Below, piece after piece: positions 54,200-64,000 of a stretch of DNA of 64,000 nucleotides; the first letter of the stretch is position 1; each line of letters opens with the position of its first letter. The notes beneath the pieces are model-generated. The model was not told where the DNA came from and did no database searches. It saw only the letters and a program-made list of their open reading frames with translations. The position numbers were made by a program, and so were the translations under genes. Source of the DNA: the human T2T-CHM13v2.0 reference genome, Homo sapiens; assembly GCF_009914755.1 (NCBI RefSeq), contig NC_060931.1, one strand, 5' to 3'.

Positions 54200-57100
54200 G
54201 TTACCATTTCAATCTCACTCCTTGTTATTGGTCTCTTCAGGGTATCTAATTCTTCCTGATTTAAGCTAGGAGGGTTGTATTTTTCCAGGAATTTATCCAT
54301 CTCTTCTAGGTTTTCTAGTTTATGTGCATAAAGGCATTCATAGTAGCCTTGAATAATCTTTTGTGTTTCAACAGTGTCAGTTGTAACGGAACTCCCTTTT
54401 TTTTTTCTTAATTAGGTTATTTGGATTTTCTCTCTTTTTTTGTTGGTTAATCTTGCTAGTGGTGTATATTTTACTTGTCTTTATATAGAACCAATTTTTT
54501 GTTTTATTTATCTTTTGTATTGTCTTTTATGTCTTAATTTCAGTTAGTTCTGCTCTGATCTTGGTAATTTCTTTTCTTCTGCTGGGTTTGGGTTTGGTGT
54601 GCTCTTGTTTCTCTAATTCCCTGAGGTGTGACCTTAGAATGTCAGTTTGTGCTCTTTCAGTCTTTTTGATGTAGTTGCTTAGGGCTATGAATTTTCCTCT
54701 TAGGACTGCCTTCACTGTATCGCAAAGGTTTTGTTAGGTTGTGTCATTATTGTTATTCAATTCAAATAATTTTTTAACTTTCATCTTGATTTTGTTTATG
54801 ACACAATGTTCATTCAGGAGCAGGTTGTTTAATTTCCATGTATTTGCATGGCTCTGAAGGTTCTTTTTGGAGTTGATTTTCAGTTTTATTCCACTGTGGT
54901 CTGAAAAAGTGCTTGATATAATTTCAGTTTTCTTAAATTTATTAAGGCTCGTTTTATGGCCTGTCATATGGTCTATCTCAGAGAAAATTCCATGTGCTGT
55001 TGAATAGAATGTTTATTCTGCAGTTGTTGGATGAAATGTTCTGTATATATCCGTTAAGTCCATTTGTTCCAAGGTATAGTTTAAATACATTGTTTCCTTA
55101 TTGACTTTCTGTCTTGATGACCTGTCTAGTGCTGTCAGCAGAGTATTGAAGTCCCCCACTATTATTGTGTCACTGTCTATCTCATTTCTTAGGCCTATTA
55201 GTAATTGTTGTATAATTTTAAGAGCTCCAGTGTTAGGTGCCTATGTGTTTGGGATCGTGATATTTTCCTCTTGGGCAAGGCCTTTTACCATTATCTAATG
55301 TCCTTCTTTGTCTCTTTTAACTGCTGTTACTTCAAAGTTTGTTTTGTCTGATATAAGAATAGCTACCCCCGTTCACTTTTGGTGTCCGTTTTCATAAAAT
55401 GCCTTTTTCTACCCCTTTACTTTAAGTTTATGTGAGTCCTTATGCGTTTGATGAGTCTCATGAAGGCAGCAGATGGTTGGTTGGTGAGTTCTTATCCATA
55501 CTGTGGTTCCGTATCTTTTAATTGGAGCACTTAGGCCATTTACATTCAATGTTAGTATTTAAATGTGAGGTACTGGTGCATTCATCATGCTCTTTATTGC
55601 TCTTGAAATTTCTTTCTTTTTTGTTTTTACTTTTTAACATATATTTTTGTTTTATAGCTCCTGTGTGATTTACGCTTTAAAGAGGTTCTGTTTTGATGTG
55701 TTTCCAGGATTTGTTTCAAGATTTAGAGCTCCTTTTAGCAGTTCTTGCAGTGGTGGCATGGTAATGGCAAATTCTCTCAGCATTTGTTTGTCTGAAAAGG
55801 AGTATATCTTTCCTTCATATATTATACTTAGTTTCACTGGATACAAAATTATTTGCTGACAATTGTTTTGTTTTAGGAGGCTGAAGATAGGGCCCCACTC
55901 CCTTCTAGCTTGTAGGGTTTCTGCTGAGAAATCTACTGTTAATATGTTATGTTACCTGATGCTTTTGTCTCACAGCTCTTAAGATTCTTTCTTTTGTCTT
56001 AACTTTGGATATCCTGATGACAATGTGTCTAAGCGATGATGTTTTTGTGATGAATTTTCCAGGTGTTCTTTGTGCTTCTTGGATGTCTAGGTCTCTAGCA
56101 AGGCCAAGGAATTTTCCTCAATTATTCCCCCTAATATGTTTTCCAAGCTTTTAGAATTCTCTTCTTCCTCAGGAACACTGATTGTTCTTAGGTTTGGTTG
56201 TTTAACATAATCCCAGACTTCTTGGAGGCTTTGTTCATATTTTCTTATTCTTTTCTCTTTGTCTTTGTTGGACTGAATTCAAAGAACTTGTCTTCATGCT
56301 CTGAATTTCTTTCTTTTACCTGTTGAATTCTATTACTGAGACTTTCCAGAGCATTTCAGATTTCTCAGTGTGTCTACAGTTTCCTGAATTTTTTATTGTT
56401 TTTTCTTTAAGCTATTTCCTTGAGTAGTTCTCCCTTCACTTCTTGTATCATTTTTTGGATTTCTTTGCACTGGGCTTCACTTTTCTCCAGTCCCTCCCTG
56501 ATTAGCAGAATAACTAACCTCCTGAATTCTTTCTCAGGTAAATCAGGGATTTCTTCTTGGTTTGGATCCATTGCTGGTGAACTAGTATGATCTTTTGGGG
56601 TATGTTGAAGAGCTTTGTTTTGTCATATTACCAGGGTTTGTTTTCTGGTTCCTTCTCATTTGGGTAGGCTTTGTCAGGGGGAAGGTCTAGAGCTAAAGGC
56701 TGTTGTTCAGATTCTTTTGTACCATGGGGTGTTGCCTTGATGTAGTACTCTCCCCATTTTCCTATGGATGTGGCTTCCTGTGAGCTGAACTGCAGTGACT
56801 GTTGTCTCTCTTCTGGGTCTAGCTACCCAGTAAGTCTACCCAGCTCTGGGCTGGTACCGGGAGTTGTCTCCACAGAGTCCTGTGATGTGAATCATCTATG
56901 TGTCTCTCAGCCATGGATACCAGCGTCTGTTCTGGTGGAGGTGGCTGGAGTGTGCAATGGACTCCATGAGGGTTCTTAGCTTTGGTGGTTCAATGCTCTA
57001 TTTTTGTCCTGGTTGGCCTCCTGCCAGGAGGTGGCACTTTCCAGAAAGCATCAGCTGTAGTAATATGGAGAGGGACTGGCAGTGGGAGGGACCCTAGAAC

Positions 57101-58068
57101 TACCAAGTCTATATGTCCTTTGTCTTCCACTGCCAGGGTGGGTAGGGAAGGACCATCAGGTGGGTGTGGGGCTAGGTGTATCTGAGCTCAGACTGTCCTT
57201 GGGTGGGTCTTGTTGCAGCTGCAGTGAGGAATGCGTGTGAGATTCCCAGGTCACTAGAGTTGTGTACCTTAGGAGGATTATGGCTGCCTCTGCTGAGTCA
57301 TGTGGGTTGTCAGGGAAGTGGGGGAAAGCCAGCAGTCACAGGTCTCACCCAGCTCCCATGCAAACCAAGGGGCCTGTCTCACTCCCACCGTGTCCCCTCC
57401 AACAGCACAGAGTCTGTTTCCTGGCGGAGGGCGTGATGGGCTTGAAAACTTGCCCTGGACAATCCTCTTCCCAACTGCAAAAGAAAAGGGTTTGGTTCTT
57501 CCCCCACCTGTGGAGTCTGCACACCAGATTTTCGCCCTCCCATGAGTTGTGGCCAGGAGGCTTCTTGCCCTGTTCAAATTGTTACAAAGTTCAGCTAGAG
57601 ATTTCCTTCTCTTTGTGGAGTTTTACCCCTTGCTTCTCTGGTCACCCTCCTGATGGATACCTGTGGTGCCAGGCAGGAATGGGCTGCTAGGGGGTGCAGT
57701 GAGCCCCCAGGGTCTTTCTGCTGCTTCCTCTCATCTGTATTTTGCTTGGCTCTCTAAATTGACTCAGCTCCAGGTAAAGTCAGAAACATCTCCCACAAAC
57801 AGACCTTCAGCTTCTCCAGTGGTGGTGTGTGATCGGGAGAGAAGGGTGTCCCTTTCCAACTTCCACAGTTGGGGCACTTGCAGTATTTGGGGTGCCTCCT
57901 GGGTCCTGCAGGACCAGTCTGCTTCCTTCAGAGGGTGTGTGGGCCCTCTCAGAATTGCTGGTTTGTTCCTGCAGTTGATCTGGAGCTAAAATTAATAAAT
58001 GTGAGCTTCTGCATGCTACTCTGTCTGAAGCTGCAATCTAGTCTTGCCTCCCATCCACCATGATAATC

Positions 58069-58618
58069 TTCTTTTGATTTTGGGGGCAACATGTTCTTCA
58101 TTTGGGTGTGTTACTAGCCCATTTAGTAAATGACCTAAAACGCTGCTAGTTTTGAGGGGGCCCATAAAAAGAGATGATTATGAAATGCATCCAGGCTACT
58201 CTGTCACTAGAACCATATGATCTGCAGATTAAATGGTGCTTTATATGTCAGTGGCAGATAAGGAATCTCTTTGTAACATTTGGAAAGTGTAGACCTTTAG
58301 CATTTTAGAGCAAAGCCCTACCATTATTTTCAGATAACTATTCTCTTTTTGAGAGACAGCTTTTGGCTTGCTTCTGGATCTTAGTAGAGACTGAACCCTT
58401 GATTCTGAGCCAACAAGTCACCCTGAAACTTGAGCTGCTCATCATGAACTGTGTGTTATCTGGCCCACCATGATATAAAGGGGCTACATGGTAACACTCC
58501 ATCATCAGTTGGAAGTAATATTATCTGACCTGGCCTAAGCAGGTTCTGAAGGCACAAATAAGCTACATGAAGAAGTGGACCAAATGCCTAGGGACCCACT
58601 CCTGCTACAGTGCCTTCT
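58069..58618 (+). pseudogene. ERVL pol relic continuing after L1PB1 (RT connection domain)
   Basis: 'aactattctctttttgagagacagcttttggcttgc' (NYSLFERQLLAC), 'aagctacatgaagaagtgg'. Confidence 0.85.
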
Positions 58619-58699
58619 GTACTCATGCTTTTATTCCTATATTGGATTGTTTACAATTTTTAAGAACACATTGAGGTCCCCCTTGTAAGTAAAAAAGAG

Positions 58700-59040
58700 G
58701 CATAAGCATGTGTCTCAGATTCCCATGCTACTTATATCTGCTGTGTTTTCAGCTGTCCTTCAATGTACACTGTGTTATCATGAGGTGTTTCCTATGACAA
58801 ATTGACATAAAAAGATATGTTAAACATGAATTACAATGAGTATGCATGGTATGATGGCATGAGAATAAAATAACTGCTCCTGAAGATCAGATTTATTTAA
58901 AATGTGTCTCTGAAGGACAGTAGGTGAAAGAAAATTTTTCTAGTGAGAAGTACACCTGTTTGTGGAGGAGTGATGGCTCAGTGGTATGGATCTACACTGA
59001 TTCCTTGGCAGAGGATTGGAGTGTTGTTCAGGACTCAAGA
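58700..59040 (+). pseudogene. More diverged ERVL-class RNase H relic
   Basis: 'ggatctacactgattcc' (IYTDS), 'ctgaaggacagtaggtgaaagaaaa'. Confidence 0.6.
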
Positions 59041-59099
59041 AAGAATACTGGAAGAAAACAGGAATAAGGAACTGAAACATGATTAAAATATTCCCTTTT

Positions 59100-60590
59100 G
59101 ACTTTTCTCATAAGCCAGGGTTGATGGTAGAAGAGGTCATGACATTAGCAGGCTCACTGATGACAATGAGAATCACAGAACCTTGAATTTCTAGAAGCCA
59201 GGTGTCAGTAGCTAATGCCTGAAACCTTTTCGTGGACACAATTATTATAAAGTGGGGGAATGGATCGAGGTGACAGAAAAAGGGTCTGGCCTACAGAATG
59301 TTATAAAGATGTTTGAAAAGACACAATAGTCCAAAAGGGAAAAAGAGATGGCCAGCCAATGAGTGTGCAACTAAATTCCACTACAGGAAGAAATCAATGA
59401 TGAAATGCCAGGAGGCTAAGGGGAGTCACCCTAGTGAAATGTTACAATCCTTTTTCCGATTTCCTTTTTTCAGTTTTCACACTTGGAGACCTGTGAATGA
59501 AGAGGAATAGTCTTCTCTAGAAAAAATGGAACCTGCCATTCCTCTGCCCTTCTGCAAATATATTTATAGCTGTTCACTTGGGAAAACAGACCCAGGCATT
59601 TCAAAGACCACTGGATATAGGGTCCAAGTTGACATTGATACTCAGAGAACCAAAATGTCACCATGGCTCCTGTTAGAATGGGTATATGTAGGATTCTGCT
59701 AATAAATGAAGTTCTGGCATAGTTAAGCTTGCAGATGTCCACTAGGTCTGCACACCCACACGGTGGTATTTACCCAATCCTAAAATGTATAATTGGGATT
59801 ACACTTGGTGTCTAATGTAATCCTTATGTTATTGTGGGTTATGAATTATCATGTTCAGGAAGGCCAAGTGGAAACTTTTCCTTTTTCTGACCCATTACAT
59901 TAAATAAAAAATAATATTATACAGAGGCAAGGTAGTGCTATCCTTTAGGCTATAAAGGATGCAGAGATGGTAGCCCCCATCATACCCCCAATTATATATA
60001 CATTTAATACACAATTCTGGACCCTGCAGAAATCAAATTGATCTGGGAAGAAAAAAGTAGACTACTATGAACTCTCTCAAGAAGTAGATTCAACTGCAGC
60101 TGCCATGACAGGTGTAATATCTTTATTAAAGCAGATTAAGATGGTTTCTGACAAATAGTATGCAATTACAGATTGGAGAGTGCACTATTTTTTTTACTAC
60201 GATCTGAAAAGACGATCAGAAACAGTTCATACCTAGGACAAGAATATAGATTTAACGTTTTGTACCAGGGCTCTGTTGACTTTCCTGCCCTCTGTCATTG
60301 TATGTTCCAAAGAAACCTAAGTCAGAAGTCAGAAAACTATGGACTGTCACCTCTTTTTATAGGATATATGTGCTAAAAAGTTTTTACATTTTAAAATGCT
60401 TAATATACAACTTTTAAAACACCATGAGCTTTTGAGTAAGAACAGTTGCTCAATTTTGCTTCTTTGGCAGCAAAGTCTAAAATATTTACCATCTTTCCCT
60501 TTACAGAGAAAGTTTCCCAATTCCTGATCTAGACTACTTTACCATACTGCAGAGTAGCACAGTGATCACCTATATCAATAATATTTTAAT
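59100..60590 (+). pseudogene. Older ERVL-class (HERV16/ERVL-E-like) gag-pro-RT relic
   Basis: Second protease-like 'ctggatatagggtccaagttgacattgata'; RT-like 'aaggatgcagagatggtagcccccatcata', 'ttctggaccctgcagaaa', 'ttgtaccagggctctgttgactttcc'. Confidence 0.7.
60323..60526. mobile_element. MER58-family hAT element inside the ERVL RT relic
   Basis: 'cagaagtcagaaaactatgg' ... 'taaaatatttaccatctttccctttacagagaaagtttcccaattcctg'. Confidence 0.7.
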
Positions 60591-61699
60591 TTAAATGAAT
60601 AAAATGTGTAACAATTTAGACAGATATAACTTTGAAAATATTTAGAAAATAGCCATTCTAAAATTTTATGTAAGACATAGTTAACTAGAGATAACAACTT
60701 TTTTATTGCAGTTTAAAATTTTTATTTACAGAACGTGATCCTGATTCTTATTATACCACTAGATTCAGTTACTCAAAAAGGCTATAAAATCTTGTTTTTT
60801 TTTAGATGCTTCTAAAAGTAATTGTGACTAAACATATTCTGGAAAAATGATGCATTGCCCTATTTAGAAGCCTCTATGAAGTTTGTTATTTTTGTTTTAG
60901 CATACTTTTAGGATTTTAACCCACTTTTGTCTTCTTTACTTTCCCCCAGATATTCACATTTTACTTTCTGTTTCTCTTGTGAAGACTTGATTTTCTAATT
61001 GTATTATATTTCATCATTTTAGAGGCATTGAAATATTTCTAGCTAATTGTTTTACTTTTTGTTTTGGTCTAAGTGTTAGCCAATCTGATTTTTGCAAGTA
61101 CTTCTCACCATAATTCTCTCATTTTGTTATTTTTTTATATTATTATTTTTGCAGGTTTTAATATATAGAAGCATTTAACAATATTTTTTCAATGTTTTGC
61201 AGTTTTCTTCTTTGATAAGCTTTGCTAATACATACACACAAACACACACAATATATGTGGTATGATACATATGTATATATTTTTTTTTCTTAGTTCACGC
61301 GGTATCATATTGAAAAGAACATTCTCCGTTTTAATTAGTGTGTCTCACCATACTTCAAGATATGTTCACCTGGCCAGGTTGCTTTGCGTCGCAATTATAT
61401 CTGCTTTTTCTTCCTCGCAGATGATTTTTAAATGCTACAAATAATCTTCATCGAATCCAAAAACAATAGTAATTAATTTATTTGTATAAATTCTGTCATT
61501 GGAGGTAATTTATAAGAAATAAATGAGTAAATTTGCAGTTTGAAAGCAAGTGGATTAAAGAAGGCACAAAACAATAGCTGTTGTGATTAAATGGATAAGG
61601 ACGATGTTAAATAAGAGGTTAGTAAAATAAAATAATATTCTAGTTTCTTATTAAGAAACGTCAAGCTATAGTGATCTTTAAAAGTCGGCAAATCCTGCA

Positions 61700-62752
61700 A
61701 AAAAGAATATATTGGTGAAATGGTTGTAAACAACCATGCCATGTCTCTGCAGATGATGAGATAAACAATAAATTCAGGAGCAAGCTTTCATAAAAACTGC
61801 TAGCAATTTTTTGTTAGGAATAGGGAAGTCTGCGGCATTTTTTCCTGGTACTGCCCCAATAAATCCCACTCAATTCAGGCAGCAAGAATGGTGGTGTTAC
61901 AAGTGTGCACCTGGCCACAGAAATCAGGCACCTGGCTGCCAGAGGGGATGGACTCCATTTGGGGTGATGACTGGAAACTCGCACTTGGTGACATTGCCAG
62001 TAAAATTTGCGAACTTATAGGAAATGATTAAGAAAAGGCACAGCCCTGCTAGCCTAAAGTCACAGTTGCAGTTGGGGCAAGTGGAAGATCAGCCTGAAGT
62101 TTAATGGGGAAAGCCTGGAAATGAGAGCTCCACAAAATAGCTTTTCATATTTGTTTGCCTGACTGACTAGAAAACTCCACTCATGTGCAAGGAGAATTGA
62201 AAGAACTTTCTATATAAAGCTAAAGCAGATTGGAAAACTGACTGAAGTTTACATATGAACTCTTCAACAGAAACACAGTGCTGAGGTTTCTAAGCACAAT
62301 ATCTTTCTAAATAATCATCAGCTGATCACTAACATATAAAATGAATAAATAATGTAAAATAAATGACCAAAACTAAGGAAAAAAATTCAATAGAAACTGA
62401 CTTCTAGTAAACCATATATTGGATTGAGCATACAGACATATCAAAGCAGTTGTTATAAATATGTTCAAAGTGTTCAACGGCACCACATTGGAAAAATTAA
62501 AGAAAAATAGGTTTACAATGACTTAACAAATTAAAAATCTCAATAGAGAAATAGACATTTTTTAAAAAATGAATATTTTAGAGTTGGAAAGTACAATTCT
62601 AGAGTTGAAAAATACACTTTTAGCATTGAAATAAATATCTGCTTAATGGGTTCAACAGTAAATGGGAGATAGCAGAAAATATAATGAACGTGAAGATAGA
62701 TCAGTAGATATTCTTTAGTCTGAAGACAAAAAGTAAGACATTTGAAAAAAAT
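61700..62752 (+). mobile_element. Old L1M 5'UTR and ORF1 relic
   Basis: ORF1 motifs 'gttataaatatgttcaaag', 'aaatctcaatagagaaataga', 'gaagatagatcagtagat'; 5' boundary approximate. Confidence 0.65.
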
Positions 62753-62985
62753 GTAGTAGGTAGAAACATTTGCTATCTCACCTTTGGATTAGACTCTCTA
62801 TAAGGTACATTTTACAAATTCTTCCAAGATTCTCAAGAGGGATTCAGGTTTTTGATAACATTATTTACTGGTTGTCTTCCTATCTCACTTTCTCAATCAC
62901 CTACCCTTCTTCATAGGAACATCCCCCACATAAACTAATTGCCCTCAAATACTTCTCTTTATAAGCTTTTAGAGGGTCTCAAACC
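62752..62985 (+). mobile_element. LTR16-like ERVL LTR fragment
   Basis: 'ttcctatctcactttctcaatcacctaccc...cacataaactaattgccctcaaat'. Confidence 0.5.
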
Positions 62986-63029
62986 TGCATAATAGTATAT
63001 AAAACAATCTATAGTAATACATAAATTAT

Positions 63030-63185
63030 TTGCCTACATATTTATTGTCTTTTTTTCTACCAGAATATAAACTGTGTAAGGGAAAACATCTTGTTTCTGT
63101 TAATCCATTGCTTTCGCCTCAGCAGTTAGAACAGTCCTTGGCATCATAGTAAATGCTTCACTAAATATTGGCTGAATAAATGAAT
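63030..63185 (+). mobile_element. L2a 3' end
   Basis: 'ccagaatataaactgtgtaagggaaa...tagaacagtccttggcatcatagtaaatgc...tgaataaatgaat'. Confidence 0.75.
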
Positions 63186-63798
63186 ACATAGTAAATATCG
63201 ACATACATTTTTATTGTGCTTCCTCCTGTTATTCTATTTCCTCTCTTCTTTCCTTTTTGCTCTTTAAAATGAGGAAAGGTAAAATTTATACAAAGTCGGT
63301 AGATGGCCTATGTTTTAAGTGTGTTTGACTCACTGGCTGTTGTTGCCTTTAGCTTCTAAAGTTTCCTTTCGACCCCCAAAGGTTCTATTCCAAAGTTAGA
63401 TGATTCTTTTGTCTTAAAAAGTAATCCTCAACAAAGGTTTTGCAACCCCAGTCTAAAAAATCACAGCTTGATGGAGATATAAAGGAAAATTCTTCCTCCA
63501 CAGGCAACTCAGTCAGCACTTGTGAAAAATAATGTTTTATCTTATTAAAGAGTGATCATCGCTATGTGATAAAAGCTCTGTAATTAAAATGTGTGGTTCT
63601 TTCTGTAAAAGGCAAAACTACAGGGGGAAAAACAGACAGTGTTTGCTGCATTGAGTGGTTGGTGTTCACTACAAAGAAAAACATGAGGGAAGTTTTGTAT
63701 CTTGATTGTAGCAATGGATAACAAGACTTTATTTGCTTGACAAAATTTGTACAACTGTACATTAAAAGAAGCAAATTTTACTCAGTTTGCATCTCATC

Positions 63799-64000
63799 TA
63801 TTTATTTATTTATTTATTTTGAGACAGGGTCTTATGTCGCCCAGACTCAGCTGCAGTGGCACAATCATGGCTTACTGCAGCCTTGACCTCTGGGGCTCAA
63901 GGGATCCTCCCAACTCAGCCTCCCAAGTAGCTAGGACTACAGGCACTCACCACCATTCCCGGGTAATTGTTTTTACTTTTTGTAGAGAGAGGGTCTCACC
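63799..64000 (-). mobile_element. AluJ, cut by window end
   Basis: (TTTA)n tail, 'gagacagggtctt', 'cagccttgacctctggggctcaag'. Confidence 0.9.

Larger units (their letters stand above)
49863..58068 (-). mobile_element. Full-length L1PB1-like LINE inserted in ERVL pol
   Basis: Minus-strand 5' end 'atcatggtggatgggaggcaagactagattgcagc'; ORF2 fragments [15 protein letters not shown] and [19 protein letters not shown]; L1PB-type 3' end; 13-bp TSD ttcttttgatttt (49850-49862 / 58069-58081). Confidence 0.93.

Noticed and set aside
56764-58063. GC-richer ORF cluster suggesting a gene or CpG island
   Set aside because: It is the antisense strand of the L1PB 5'UTR and is CpG-depleted.

Overview
This window is AT-rich, CpG-depleted primate genomic DNA, most likely human or great ape (AluY, L1PA and THE1 are present). 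It looks like gene-desert or deep intronic sequence. I find no credible host protein-coding exon, functional RNA gene or CRISPR array. The long ORFs derive from L1, ERVL, LTR or Alu sequence, or have no recognisable homology. Interspersed repeats dominate: three co-oriented ERV1 solo LTRs (1.1-5.0 kb), many MaLR LTRs (MLT1, MST, THE1), about 11 Alus, hAT and Tigger DNA-transposon relics, and old L1M/L2/MIR fragments. Larger elements are a near full-length L1MA2/3-like LINE (22.6-28.6 kb) and a nested complex in which an ERVL provirus remnant hosts an MSTA and a full-length L1PB1, which in turn hosts two L1PA pieces (47.7-60.6 kb). I see no evidence for a new gene system. The most unusual signals are rearrangement scars: (1) an L1PA inserted antisense into the L1PB1 whose main body begins within 2 nt of the mirror-homologous host position, giving a ~1.3 kb-arm inverted repeat; (2) a ~1.2 kb triplication with an embedded inverted copy; (3) two exact 20-bp copies pasted 1.8 and 2.3 kb from their sources; (4) a degenerate tRNA-Ile-like (MamSINE1-type) head. 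Subfamily names come from my recollection of consensus sequences and need RepeatMasker/Dfam confirmation.
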